A stretch of DNA of 64,000 nucleotides from an uncultured Chlamydiae bacterium (GCA_963713615.1 CAVQMM010000001.1:1920001-1984000), one strand, 5' to 3'. Shown: positions 30,443 through 40,869, counted from the stretch's first letter. The notes: generated from the sequence alone by a model not told the origin. Made by a program: numbers and translations.

Positions 30443-30814
30443 CTACTGAAGGTGGCGCTGTGAAGGCATCACTCCTCTTTGAGGATGAGGGCTAGAGTAA
30501 AAGTATGTGCCGTTGTTGTAGGGGTATCCACGATCGATATAATAGGCCTGTGGATGAAGGGTTCCTACGTCATAATAGTAGCCCCAAGGATATCCATAAT
30601 ACCCGTAATCACCAAAATAATAATTTGTCGTCTGCGTACTAGGCGACCGTGCCTGATAGTAACCGCCGTGGTCATAGTTAGGTGTCCGGGTCGCAGCGCC
30701 CGGCTCAAGCGCAATCGCTGGCAAACTCTCAGCATTGGCGGCTTCGCCTAATAGCAGTCCGACAGCAAAGACTGAACCTAAGAGCCATGATTTTAACATA
30801 CTCTTTCCCTCCAT
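30443..30814 (-). CDS. Tyr-rich secreted small protein
   Basis: Signal peptide ending ANA; YYFGDYGYYGYPWGYYY. Confidence 0.7.
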   Translation of the reverse strand: MEGKSMLKSWLLGSVFAVGLLLGEAANAESLPAIALEPGAATRTPNYDHGGYYQARSPSTQTTNYYFGDYGYYGYPWGYYYDVGTLHPQAYYIDRGYPYNNGTYFYSSPHPQRGVMPSQRHLQ

Positions 30815-31246
30815 CTAATCCATCATCTCATGTGGTGTTGCAGGATTACCGACAAAGGGAACCACTGCCTCAAAACCCTGGAAAACGAGATATGCACCCA
30901 CTAAGATCATTAAAAAAATCATCGCCTTCATGACCGGAGAATCCAAAAATCGAGCAGCCATTGGATCCACCCATTCAGGGAAGAATAAACGCATAACGCC
31001 TTTGATCACCGCTAAATATCCAATGATCGTGATAGCCACTGGCCAGTTAAACACCCAAACATTGTGCAGAAGTACAATGACCAGACCAAAGACCAGGGCA
31101 AAGGCTCCGGAGAGAAATACTAATGCCCGACTGGCGACGAAATCTTTGACGACAAGCGAGAGTGTATTTGGACGAACCAGAAGCGCTAAGCCAAGAATCA
31201 GCATGTAGAGGCCAAGGAATTTTGCAAAAAAAATGGATATTGCCAT
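30815..31246 (-). CDS. Four-TM membrane protein
   Basis: HNVWVFNWPVAITIIGYL..IKG..RLFFP; four hydrophobic helices. Confidence 0.75.
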   Translation of the reverse strand: MAISIFFAKFLGLYMLILGLALLVRPNTLSLVVKDFVASRALVFLSGAFALVFGLVIVLLHNVWVFNWPVAITIIGYLAVIKGVMRLFFPEWVDPMAARFLDSPVMKAMIFLMILVGAYLVFQGFEAVVPFVGNPATPHEMMD

Positions 31247-31293
31247 AGCTACCCCCTTTTTCCTGACCTTATCATAACATTTATTTAAACAAA

Positions 31294-32445
31294 CTAGATG
31301 CTGCTTTTTCGAGGACGATAGATCCAAGAATGACCACTTTCTTGCAACTTTGCTGTCAGGACATCAGATGAATTTTGCCGAAGATATTCCCTTTCCAGAT
31401 TTGAGATTGGAAGGGCCCAGAGGAGGTTAACAGGATCACCACGATAATCGGGTAGGCTCATGGAAGGAATCCCGAGACCCCTCTCAATCATAAACACACT
31501 ATCGAAAACTGTGTTTGGATCATCACCCATAAATAGGTTGCAATCGACTGTATGCCCCGACCCAATCCAACATAACCGGTCCCAGGGCACGCTGGCCATT
31601 AGGCCAATAGAGGCCGCTATTTTTTGAAGGGTGAAGGTCTCCACGAATTCCTTAGTAAATGCCATGCCCCACTCAAACCGACGAAACTGGTACGGATTGT
31701 CTACGAAAAGCTCAACGCGCGGCTGTTTCATTATAGACATCCCGATCGTCACACAAATGATAGCATCGTTGTAATCAAAAACCACCAGGGCCCTTGGAGG
31801 AAACTTATTTTCATCAAGAGCAAAATAGTGGGTGTGAGGCCCAAAGTGTTCCTCAAGAATATGCAGCCTGGCAGTCAAAAAATCCTGCCATGCTCTGGGC
31901 GATGCCCAATAACTCCAAAACTCCAAAGCTTCCTGCACCCGCATGTCGATGAGGTCTCTGACCTCTTCTAGCGGACGCAATCCTATAAAACCCGCTGCAG
32001 AACATTCCCTGGCATATCCAGAAACATTGCAAAAAGCTGGGGTAGCCCAAGGCGGAATTACCGCCATCACTTCTCCGTCATAGAGCAAGGTCGCACTATC
32101 ACCCTCTTCAGCCCAAACGACATCAAGCAACTCTGGTTCCAGTGTCATGGGGTTTTGAGCATGTCTACAATACGAAGCCGGCATCACAGGAGCCCTACCC
32201 GCTGCAATGTCCACCAACGCTGCTGTTACGCCGCCGGGCTCTGAAACCGGAACACGATTGCACACCCAACAGCCACGTACTGGAAACCAGTCATCAGGAG
32301 TCTCGCCCATCGGAATAATCTCTTCAGGTCCATACAGATAAAAGTATACAGCCTCACCATCATCTTCCACATAGGCAGTAATATTACCCCAAGGCGAGGT
32401 TTTTTCAAAAATAACTTCATCAAACATATTCATACTCATTAACAA
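31294..32445 (-). CDS. Suppressor-of-fused (SUFU) domain protein
   Basis: TIGMS..QP.VE, W....WIGSGHT, V.LLW.LPI...ER. Confidence 0.75.
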   Translation of the reverse strand: MLMSMNMFDEVIFEKTSPWGNITAYVEDDGEAVYFYLYGPEEIIPMGETPDDWFPVRGCWVCNRVPVSEPGGVTAALVDIAAGRAPVMPASYCRHAQNPMTLEPELLDVVWAEEGDSATLLYDGEVMAVIPPWATPAFCNVSGYARECSAAGFIGLRPLEEVRDLIDMRVQEALEFWSYWASPRAWQDFLTARLHILEEHFGPHTHYFALDENKFPPRALVVFDYNDAIICVTIGMSIMKQPRVELFVDNPYQFRRFEWGMAFTKEFVETFTLQKIAASIGLMASVPWDRLCWIGSGHTVDCNLFMGDDPNTVFDSVFMIERGLGIPSMSLPDYRGDPVNLLWALPISNLEREYLRQNSSDVLTAKLQESGHSWIYRPRKSSI

Positions 32446-32642
32446 TCAATCTCATATAATATATTATAATCAACTTTAAATAAATAAAAAATTAAAGATA
32501 ACATATTATAATTATTTATATAGTATTTACAAATGCGAGCTAGAATGAACTATACTACACGCAGGTGGGTGTTGCACATTCGATATAATAATTATTTACT
32601 TACTTTTCGTTTTCATATATAATGTAGAAAAAATGGCACTAT

Positions 32643-33701
32643 ATGATTAATTTAGTTAAATACATATCAATTTTGATTACGGTATCTACAGCTATTGTAG
32701 GAGCTATTCTCAGCGAAGAGTCTACAAATGAGAAGAGAGAAAGCAGCATGCCCCCTCCAGAACACCCCCATAGTGAACCCAAACTTATCGGCGTAGAACG
32801 CATCTGGGACCAAGCCCCGCATAATGCCTTCACCGACCTAATCGAATATAACGGCCGGTTGTTTTGCTGCTTTCGTGAGGGTGATGATCATGGTGGAGGG
32901 ATTGATGGCACTATTCGTATCTTAGCCAGCGATGATGGCTTGGCATGGAGCTCTGTAGCTCACCTGAAAGCTAAAGGATTTGATCTACGCGATCCTAAAT
33001 TCTCCATCATGACAGATGGTCGTCTCATGCTAACGGTCGGTGGCTCCATCTTTCAAGGAGATGAATATCTTGGCTGTCGCCCCCATGTGGCCTTCTCGAA
33101 AGATGGAATACATTGGTCAGATTTTGTCGATCTTCAGATGCCTGAGGAATGGATCTGGAGAGTGACATGGCATCAAGGAATAGGCTATGGGGTCTCCTAC
33201 CGCTTTAGCGACCACTCCGACTTGGATCAACCCTGGATTATGACCTTATTCCAAACACAGGATGGCATCAAATACGATGCCGTAACAAACTTAGAAGTAC
33301 CCGATTTTCCCAGTGAAGCGACACTGCGTTTTTTGCCAGACGGTACCATGGTTGCCCTGGCACGACGCTATGGAAATGGATGGATTGGAACGGCTACTGC
33401 ACCTTATACGACATGGTCATGGACCGAAACCCGTTGGCGCCTTGGTGGCCCCAACTTCTTAATATTACCCAATGGCAACATGTGGGCGAGCTCGCGTCTG
33501 ATATCGGAAGGTTTAGAACCCACGACACAAACGGCCATTGGCCCCATGACCACGACATCATACGTTCCATCCTTGGTATTACCTAGCGATGGAGATACCA
33601 GCTATGCCGGTATGGTGTATCGCGCTGGAATTCTCTACGTCAGCTACTATTCGTCACATGAAGGCAAAAGTTGTGTTTATTTAGCGCGAATACAGCCTTG
33701 A
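32643..33701 (+). CDS. Sialidase/BNR-like beta-propeller protein
   Basis: APHNAFTDL, Asp-boxes SDDGLAW and SKDGIHWS, GDTSY.G...YVSYYSSHEGK. Confidence 0.8.
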   Translation: MINLVKYISILITVSTAIVGAILSEESTNEKRESSMPPPEHPHSEPKLIGVERIWDQAPHNAFTDLIEYNGRLFCCFREGDDHGGGIDGTIRILASDDGLAWSSVAHLKAKGFDLRDPKFSIMTDGRLMLTVGGSIFQGDEYLGCRPHVAFSKDGIHWSDFVDLQMPEEWIWRVTWHQGIGYGVSYRFSDHSDLDQPWIMTLFQTQDGIKYDAVTNLEVPDFPSEATLRFLPDGTMVALARRYGNGWIGTATAPYTTWSWTETRWRLGGPNFLILPNGNMWASSRLISEGLEPTTQTAIGPMTTTSYVPSLVLPSDGDTSYAGMVYRAGILYVSYYSSHEGKSCVYLARIQP

Positions 33702-33712
33702 AAGGCCTCTGC

Positions 33713-34069
33713 CTAGCCATCCATACTATAGAAGGCATAGTCTTGAACAACCTGGCCACCAACCAAATGCTCCTGGATGATCCTCTCAATAACTTCAGGA
33801 GTACACGAGTGATACCAAACGCCATCCGGATAGACCACCGCGATAGGCCCTTTTTCACAAACACGTAGACAATTGACCTTGGTGCGGAAGATCCCCCCCT
33901 GCTCACTCAGCCCCAATTCACTCAAACGCCTCTTTAGATATTCCCACGCCAATAAGCCCAACTCTTTACTACAGCATTTCGGATGAGTCTGATCGGCACA
34001 TAGGAAGATATGTCGTCTGATTCTATCAATCCCTAGACTTTCCACTTTGCTCCGAATACTGTCAGACAT
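33713..34069 (-). CDS. Thioredoxin-like [2Fe-2S] ferredoxin
   Basis: HIFLC...[22 protein letters not shown]. Confidence 0.9.
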   Translation of the reverse strand: MSDSIRSKVESLGIDRIRRHIFLCADQTHPKCCSKELGLLAWEYLKRRLSELGLSEQGGIFRTKVNCLRVCEKGPIAVVYPDGVWYHSCTPEVIERIIQEHLVGGQVVQDYAFYSMDG

Positions 34070-34204
34070 AGCCTTTCCTGCTCCTGAGACAACCGCACTT
34101 CCCATCAAGTCTATCCTAAATCAAACATTTCTCTCGATATTTGAAAAAAAATATCTCCAAAAATCAAAAATCATTACATAATTACAATTTTACAAGGAGA
34201 TGCT

Positions 34205-35224
34205 ATGACCAAGATGCGCGCAGTACAAATTGGACGTCCCAATGGACCTTTTGAACTTGTCGAACGCGATATTCCCGAACCTTCGCCAGGTGCGGTTCGC
34301 ATTAAAATTCAGGCTTGCGGTGTCTGTCACAGCGATTCTCTGACAAAGGAAGGCACGTTCCCCGGTCTAAGCTATCCTCGGGTTCCGGGTCATGAAGTCG
34401 CTGGTGTTGTCGACGCTGTTGGAGCCGACGTCACAGCCTGGAAGCCAGGTCAGCGCGTAGGCGTGGGCTGGTATGGCGGACACTGCGGTGAATGCCTTTC
34501 CTGCCGACGCGGAGATTTCATCACCTGTGCTAAAATGCCGGTAACCGGTATTGCATACGATGGTGGCTACGCAGAATACATGATTGCCTCTGCCAAAGCT
34601 TTGGCTCTGATCCCTGATGAGCTATCTCCCGTAGACGCCGGACCGCTTATGTGTGCTGGCATCACAACATTCAATGCCCTACGTCACGCCGATGCCCATG
34701 CAGGAGACCTAGTGGCTATCCTGGGTTTGGGGGGTCTTGGACATTTAGCGGTACAATATGCCTCTAAGATGGGTTTTAGAACGGTTGGAATTGCACGAGG
34801 CAAAGACAAAGAAGCCTTAGCTAAACAGCTAGGAGCCCTTCACTACATCGATAGCGAAGCCCAAGATGTCAGCGCGGAACTGTCTAAACTTGGCGGAGCC
34901 AAAGTCATCCTAGCAACTGTCACGAATGCTAAAGCCATGAATTCCGTAATCAATGGCCTCGCAATCAACGGCAAACTTGTGGTTGTAGGTGCCCCACGCG
35001 AACCTTTAGAAGTTCCAGTCTTTACGATTCTCGGTGGCAGACGGTCTGTATCCGGATGGCCATCGGGCACCTCAATAGACTCGCAAGATACCATGGCCTT
35101 CAGCGCTATGAGTGGTATACGCTCCATGAATGAAGTTTTCCCCCTGGAACGTGCAGCAGAGGCCTATGAGCGAATGATGAGCGGCAAGGCACGCTTTCGT
35201 GTCGTCATCACAACCGGCTTGTAG
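34205..35224 (+). CDS. Zinc-dependent alcohol dehydrogenase (CAD/AdhP-like)
   Basis: CGVCHSD, GHEVAG, C..C..C, GLGGLGH. Confidence 0.93.
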   Translation: MTKMRAVQIGRPNGPFELVERDIPEPSPGAVRIKIQACGVCHSDSLTKEGTFPGLSYPRVPGHEVAGVVDAVGADVTAWKPGQRVGVGWYGGHCGECLSCRRGDFITCAKMPVTGIAYDGGYAEYMIASAKALALIPDELSPVDAGPLMCAGITTFNALRHADAHAGDLVAILGLGGLGHLAVQYASKMGFRTVGIARGKDKEALAKQLGALHYIDSEAQDVSAELSKLGGAKVILATVTNAKAMNSVINGLAINGKLVVVGAPREPLEVPVFTILGGRRSVSGWPSGTSIDSQDTMAFSAMSGIRSMNEVFPLERAAEAYERMMSGKARFRVVITTGL

Positions 35225-35226
35225 AG

Positions 35227-36162
35227 CTACAGAAGATTCCAAAAGATACCGATCTCAATAACATACAGCAAAAGGACCACTAGAGTGCCCACAAAGGTCT
35301 TTTGAAAGCGCCTACCGTCTCCAGGAGATAACCACCAGCCCAAAAAGCTGATCAGAATAGGCATCATCGGAAAGGAAATTAAAGTGACACTGATCGCATT
35401 GCCGATGAATGTCCCTAAAGAACTGTTCAACGCCGCAGTCCATGGAGAAAGATACTTCAACTCTAGCATCACAATAGGAAAGAGACCTAACAAAACAATC
35501 ATCGTCTGCTTCCAGACAGATGGAATCTCGCCGGTTTTTGCTATCGAAGCGAACCAACCGGCATAGGGCGACACCACGCGATGAATTTCGAGAGAAGTCA
35601 CTAAAGAAGCCGCTTCTTTTAATACCTCTCGCCGCTCTGAGGATGCTAGCCAACGATCGAGGCTATCCGCACTATCGAATTGCAGTAATGTAATCCAATT
35701 GTGCCCTCCACTGTGACTCGGAGACTGCAGGTAAACGCCCCGAAATCCGGGAAATTTCGCCTCCACCTGATGCATTCTGGCACTCCATTGCCGGAAGGCC
35801 GCTTCATTCTCGGGGCTAATTTGAGAGATAATCAGTTCAGTGACACCTCCCTGCAGGCCTGACTCAGATCCTGTCGTTTCTTCAATGCCATTGCTGACAA
35901 GGGTGTGAAGCTCACGCATGAGCTCCCCATGCTGTACCGAATGACTCCACAAAGAAGCAGCGTTAGAATCGTAAAATCGTTGAACAATCACCCACTTATC
36001 CTGCTGATCCGGAGTCGCCAGAAACTCTAAACTGATGAATCCCGGGAAACCAGCAAGCAAAGTATTTAGCTTTGCTTGCCAATCAACGAAAGGGATTCTA
36101 GCTTCTGGCAGAATTGTTACCTGCAGAGTCGTGATGGCAGGTTTTTGGGTAAATTGAGGCAT
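35227..36162 (-). CDS. Double antibiotic-biosynthesis-monooxygenase-domain membrane protein
   Basis: Two FPGF-containing repeats, W..S.ER motif, C-terminal P..WK plus TM helices. Confidence 0.75.
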   Translation of the reverse strand: MPQFTQKPAITTLQVTILPEARIPFVDWQAKLNTLLAGFPGFISLEFLATPDQQDKWVIVQRFYDSNAASLWSHSVQHGELMRELHTLVSNGIEETTGSESGLQGGVTELIISQISPENEAAFRQWSARMHQVEAKFPGFRGVYLQSPSHSGGHNWITLLQFDSADSLDRWLASSERREVLKEAASLVTSLEIHRVVSPYAGWFASIAKTGEIPSVWKQTMIVLLGLFPIVMLELKYLSPWTAALNSSLGTFIGNAISVTLISFPMMPILISFLGWWLSPGDGRRFQKTFVGTLVVLLLYVIEIGIFWNLL

Positions 36163-36185
36163 AGCCTACCTACCTTTCTCTCCGC

Positions 36186-36671
36186 TTAGTAGCGAGCTCG
36201 ATCGGGCAATTCGGAAAACTCCTTCCAGACCTCAACAGCTTCCGGACGCATCATCTCTGTGAAGGTAATGCGACGATCCGAGGGCTCCTTGGAAATTTCT
36301 GACAGGATGTCAACATCGGCGAAATCCCCATATTTTAAGGAATCTTCTGTTGTAGCCCCATAATAAATGTGTCTGATATGAGCCCAATAAGCTGTTGCTA
36401 AGCACATTGGACAGCACTCCGCGCTGGTATACAAATCGCAACCATCAAGATGCGGTGTCCCCAATTTTTTGCATGCTTCTCGAATGGCTTGCATTTCCGC
36501 ATGCCAAGTAGGGTCATTGTGCTTGATAACTTGATTATATCCCTCTGCGATGATCTTGCCATCCTTCACAACAACAGCACCAAAAACACCGCCAGTTTTC
36601 TCTCTGATGGAAGCGCGTCGGCTAAGCTCAATGGCTTTTTTCATGAAAATTTCATGATTTTTTTTATCCAT
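36186..36671 (-). CDS. Nucleoside/guanine deaminase (cytidine-deaminase fold)
   Basis: FGAVVVKDG, DPTWHAE, ECCPMC. Confidence 0.88.
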   Translation of the reverse strand: MDKKNHEIFMKKAIELSRRASIREKTGGVFGAVVVKDGKIIAEGYNQVIKHNDPTWHAEMQAIREACKKLGTPHLDGCDLYTSAECCPMCLATAYWAHIRHIYYGATTEDSLKYGDFADVDILSEISKEPSDRRITFTEMMRPEAVEVWKEFSELPDRARY

Positions 36672-37144
36672 AGCACCTCCAAATTTTTGAAAAGCCTTAC
36701 ACCTTGATTTGACAAGCCTTCCCGTTAAATGTCAATAAGGGACGAAAAGGACCTAAAGGACTTAGTTCTGAGTCCTTTAGAGGTAATTGCAGAAGTCCGA
36801 TTCTCCGAAGTCAATTTCCTGAAAATCGGATGCCGGTGAAGAGAGAGTCATTCCCTTCCCAGGCCCGAAGGGTCGATATTGCAACAGGCCATGGCATCGC
36901 CACATAGGCCTCAACCTAAGCCTAACAATCGTATCTCGGCGCGCAGCGCTTTGGAGTGCGGTCGCTTGCGACCGCTTTGGGTTCCTTGCGACGGTCGTGT
37001 GCAACGGCATCACTATAATTCCCTAAGGGTAAAATAGTTAGTACATGCAGCCTTCGACGAATCCATACAATGCCGTTTAGCATTGCCGTCCCAAGGAACG
37101 AAAAGCGGTCGCAAGGTAAGCGTCAATTGAGGCCATCTGGCGAT

Positions 37145-38689
37145 TTATTCGGCAGTGGGGGCTGATGAGGTGGATGAGGCCTTTGCTTGTCGCCTGGCGG
37201 CAGCCCAAGCGTCGGGCAGAAGCTCGTGAAGTTTTTGAGAATTATGGGCTGGCAGGCGCCTCATCACATCCTCTAGGTATTCGTGGGGGTTGACTCCTAT
37301 CGCGCGGCAGGTCTGTACCAGGCTTAGCAGTACGGCGGAAGCTTCCCCACCCTCCTCGCTTCCAATAAACATCCAGTTCTTGCGGCCAATAGCTAGAGGG
37401 CGTATCGCTCGCTCCGCTACATTGTTGTCGAGACGCGCAAATGCATGTTGGGTGTAGTTTTTCAGATGGGGAATTAAGCTGCAATAATAGCCTAGAGCCT
37501 CCCTTAGATTCGATTTGGGAAGAGCCTTGCCATTAACCAGCCGGTCCTTGATGCGTGCAGTCAGCTCATCTATTATTGGAGCTTCTTTCTCTTGTCTTAT
37601 CCGCAGACGTTCCTCTGGAGAACGTTCCCAAGCAACTCTCTCTAACATAAATAGATATTTTATCTTGCGCAGTACCCAGCTAACAAATTTTTTATCGCCA
37701 CCTACAGCGTCGAAAAACTTGCGCCGAATGTGACTCCAGCATGGACACCAAGTGAATTGCTTCTTATTAGCCAGTGCTTCATAGGCTCCATATTTATCCG
37801 AATGGACAACACCTTTATATCCAGCTAGTATTTCCACAGCATGCTTGTGGCAGCGGTCCGTGCGAAAATGATAGACTCGATAAGGCGGATTTTTTTCCTG
37901 CCCTCCAACGATCACCCACATAAAAGCCTGGTGCACCTTTCCCTTACCAGGGACAAGCATGTCCACAGGAGATTCGTCCACAAAAACATTGTTGCTGCTG
38001 AGCACGCGAGCAATCATTTCTTCATATAGCGCCTTTAAGGCATATCCACAGCGCATTACCCACTTGCAAAGTATTTGTCGGCTGATGAGAATGCCCTCGC
38101 GAGCTAAGATTTCCGATTGACGAAATAAAGGAAGGTGATCGGCGAATTTTTTCACGATCACACTGGCTAAAAGACTTTCATCGGCTTGACAGCGAGGAAA
38201 AATGCTATCTGGTAAATCTGCGATAAAAACGCCCTCTTCACTATGTGCTCTACATGCATACTTGGGACGTACTAGCTCCTTGACGTAGTAGCTACCTGGC
38301 GTATGCGCTATTTTGTGAGTGACTTCTTCGCCAATTTTGACGAGGGCTTCACCCGTTGTAGGGCAAACTTTTTGATCCTCTGGCAAATCTAAAATACAGC
38401 GTTGAACGGGAATATTGTCTGGAAGCGTAATTTTATCTTTGCCATTGCGCCCCTGCTTAACCCGTCGATGAGCAGGCACATTTATTGTCTCTTTTTGCTC
38501 TTCGGAACCAAGATTTTCGAAACCTTCCAGGTAGAGTTGTTGACCGCCATCGTCGACTACTTTTTCCGAACGTTTCCCAAAAATCTGACGCCTAAACCAT
38601 TCAAGCTGCTCCTTGAGAAAGCTATTCTCATTTCGCAGGGAATAAATTTCCGATTGAAGCTGTTCTAGTGATAGTGTTGAGGTTTCCAT
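37145..38689 (-). CDS. tnpC: IS66 transposase TnpC
   Basis: FGKRSEK, HLPLFRQ, DESP, CWSHIRRKF, LDNNVAERAIR..AIGRKNWMF. Confidence 0.96.
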   Translation of the reverse strand: METSTLSLEQLQSEIYSLRNENSFLKEQLEWFRRQIFGKRSEKVVDDGGQQLYLEGFENLGSEEQKETINVPAHRRVKQGRNGKDKITLPDNIPVQRCILDLPEDQKVCPTTGEALVKIGEEVTHKIAHTPGSYYVKELVRPKYACRAHSEEGVFIADLPDSIFPRCQADESLLASVIVKKFADHLPLFRQSEILAREGILISRQILCKWVMRCGYALKALYEEMIARVLSSNNVFVDESPVDMLVPGKGKVHQAFMWVIVGGQEKNPPYRVYHFRTDRCHKHAVEILAGYKGVVHSDKYGAYEALANKKQFTWCPCWSHIRRKFFDAVGGDKKFVSWVLRKIKYLFMLERVAWERSPEERLRIRQEKEAPIIDELTARIKDRLVNGKALPKSNLREALGYYCSLIPHLKNYTQHAFARLDNNVAERAIRPLAIGRKNWMFIGSEEGGEASAVLLSLVQTCRAIGVNPHEYLEDVMRRLPAHNSQKLHELLPDAWAAARRQAKASSTSSAPTAE

Positions 38690-38771
38690 ATGCTCTAAAT
38701 CATATCACAGACCCCCTCTATTATCAAGTATTTTATCTAATAAAATGCACATTGTTTTTAGGATTTTAGGC

Positions 38772-39353
38772 TCAATGACTACTCTCCAACAACATTAGAA
38801 ATTCTCGACGATCGATAGCGGAATCTGGAATGCTTCCATTGCGAAAACTTCCTTTTTCAAGTCGCTTGTACCAGACGGCATGACCATTACCATCCCAGTA
38901 AAAGACCTTCACTAGATTTCTACGACGATTTAAAAAAACGAAGTAGGCCCCGCAGGTAAATTCGCCCGAGAACGAACTGTCAACAAGATTGCTCAAGCAC
39001 TCAAATCCCTTTCGCATATCGATCGGCTCTTGATAGAGAAAGACACCCTTGTTTTTCTGATATGACGACCTCAGAGTTTTGCTCGCAGACTTTAGGGTTA
39101 GATAGACGCTCTTCTGATCAAGCGAAAGCTTGAGCTCGGGCAGGGTAATGTCTATCCAACCCGTCGAGGAAATGTGGTCGGGCGGGCTAACTTTAAAGCG
39201 TTGGTACCAGTACAAGAGCTGCTGGTAGCTTATATTGTTCTCTAGGCACCACCTGCGGCCACTCTGACCGCTCGCCATCCATTGGTCTATGCGTCGAGCC
39301 CACTCAGAACGCTTCCTTTTGAAATCCATTAGTATCTCCATGGTTAGGGTCAT
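38772..39353 (-). CDS. IS66 accessory protein, TnpA-TnpB fusion
   Basis: N-terminal W...SGQS..WC....YW (TnpA-like) in frame with DMRKGF...FVFLNRRR..VK.FYWDG.G...YKRLEKG (IS66 TnpB). Confidence 0.88.
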   Translation of the reverse strand: MTLTMEILMDFKRKRSEWARRIDQWMASGQSGRRWCLENNISYQQLLYWYQRFKVSPPDHISSTGWIDITLPELKLSLDQKSVYLTLKSASKTLRSSYQKNKGVFLYQEPIDMRKGFECLSNLVDSSFSGEFTCGAYFVFLNRRRNLVKVFYWDGNGHAVWYKRLEKGSFRNGSIPDSAIDRREFLMLLESSH

Positions 39354-39858
39354 GGAGAAAACTTAGAACCTCGCGGAATTACGAAAAAGGTGGCTTCAAT
39401 TGACGCTTACGTCGCAAGCGACCGCACTCCAAAGCGCTGCGCGCCGAGATACGATTGTGAAGTCCTAAGTCATTGAGATATAAGCTCAAAAGACCTGTTA
39501 GGTTGAGGCCTATGTGGCATCGCCATGGTATATGCCAAAACGGTTTTAGCAGCCTGTAGGGCTGCCATAAAGCGCATGCATAAATGGTGTTTGTAAACTG
39601 GCGTCTTGTAGCAGTCCTTCAGACTGCGAAATCCCTTCCTGGCATATACCATGGCGATGCCATGGCCTGTTGCAATATCGACCCTTCGGGCCTGGGAAGG
39701 GAGAAAAGCCTGTCTTTCCAGACTGGATAGTGCCATACCACTTAAGCTCTCTAGAATCGCCTTCTCACAAAAAAAGGTAACCTTTTTTCCCGAGAATCGA
39801 TTCTCAAGGGCTCAAATAATTTTGCGATTACCTCTTTAGGTCCTTTTTGTCTCTTAGA

Positions 39859-40869
39859 TTACCTGGACAATTTAGCGATAGCATCCAAGAGAGCCCTGCT
39901 ATGCCGGTCTTCCAAAGGAACCAAGGGAGGACGCAATAGATGCCAGCTAAGTCCCTTCTTTGCCTCTACGAGACTCTTGATAGCTGGAAAGATAGGGTAT
40001 TCGCTTAAGACTTCAACGATACCTTTCAAATCCCCATTGTAGTCAGGCTTACGATGATCTTTGCCATATTTATAGAGAGAACAGATCAACTCAGGATAAA
40101 CATTGACAAGCCCTGAGATAACCCCTACAGCACCTTTTCGAACAGCCTCGGAAATCTGCACTTCCTTCCCTACAAAAACCTTAAATCCTGGAAACTGTGA
40201 AATAACGTCAGAAGCAAAAGCTAAATTCCCGTCACTTTCCTTCAAACCAATAACTTGGTCAGGAAACTCCTCGCGCAATGATCTGATGATATTTAGTGTG
40301 ATGGACACGCCACTGTATTTAGGAATGTGATACAACAAGACTTTTAATTCAGGACGTCCAATTCTAAGAATAACCTCCCGATAGAAAGCCACCACCCCTG
40401 CATCTTCAACATCTTTATAAAAGAAGGGCGGTGCTATCAAAACCCCGGCGCATCCATAATCAACGGCTGTCACAGCTAAGTCTACGGCATCCTTGATCGC
40501 CGAGCAACCAATGCCGACTAACACTTTGTGGGGGCTAACGCCACGCTCAATCAAGGCTCGAATAGCACCTTTTCGCTCCTGTACAGAAAACAGTGTGCCT
40601 TCCCCAGAGGTGCCAAAGAGCAGAACGCCACTGCATCCTCTCTGAATTAGGTCCTGACAATGCGCAGCAAACGCCTCGTAGTCACAACTATAATCGGGAT
40701 GCATAGGCGTAAGCGAAGCCGCATATACACCGCTAAACGAGGGAGCGTCTAGCACTTCTTGCTGTAGCGCCCTTCCTGAGATCTCATAGTCCACGCCTTC
40801 ACCTGATAAGGATTGTTGGTACAAAGCACAATATAAGGCATTGCGGAATGCGGCACCACTAATTTGCAC
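39859..40869 (-). CDS. Dihydrodipicolinate synthase/NAL family aldolase
   Basis: FGTSGEG, PPFFYK, LYHIP, GLKES; start codon uncertain. Confidence 0.85.
   Translation of the reverse strand: MQISGAAFRNALYCALYQQSLSGEGVDYEISGRALQQEVLDAPSFSGVYAASLTPMHPDYSCDYEAFAAHCQDLIQRGCSGVLLFGTSGEGTLFSVQERKGAIRALIERGVSPHKVLVGIGCSAIKDAVDLAVTAVDYGCAGVLIAPPFFYKDVEDAGVVAFYREVILRIGRPELKVLLYHIPKYSGVSITLNIIRSLREEFPDQVIGLKESDGNLAFASDVISQFPGFKVFVGKEVQISEAVRKGAVGVISGLVNVYPELICSLYKYGKDHRKPDYNGDLKGIVEVLSEYPIFPAIKSLVEAKKGLSWHLLRPPLVPLEDRHSRALLDAIAKLSR

Larger units (their letters stand above)
37116..39410 (-). mobile_element. IS66-family insertion sequence, 2295 bp
   Basis: IRs gtaagcgtcaattga(g/a)gcca; 8-bp TSD gtcgcaag at 37108-37115 and 39411-39418. 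Confidence 0.95.
36903..39514. mobile_element. 309-bp CATAGGCCTCAACCTAA-ended MITE (11-bp TSD) expanded by an IS66 insertion
   Basis: tggcatcgcca at 36892-36902 and 39515-39525; removing IS66 plus one TSD leaves 309 bp, the length of 16686-16994. Confidence 0.85.
36780..39834. mobile_element. Outer MITE with GAGGTAAT(T/C)GCA IRs and 4-bp TSD ttta, hosting nested elements
   Basis: Left gaggtaattgcagaa, right ttttgcgattacctc; ttta at 36776-36779 and 39835-39838. Confidence 0.8.

Noticed and set aside
36672..36740. Purine riboswitch upstream of the deaminase
   Set aside because: No recognisable aptamer consensus, and the space before the repeat cluster is short
38772..39353. RNA-guided TnpB (IS200/IS605) nuclease
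   Set aside because: This is the unrelated IS66 accessory TnpB; no RuvC or zinc-finger motifs
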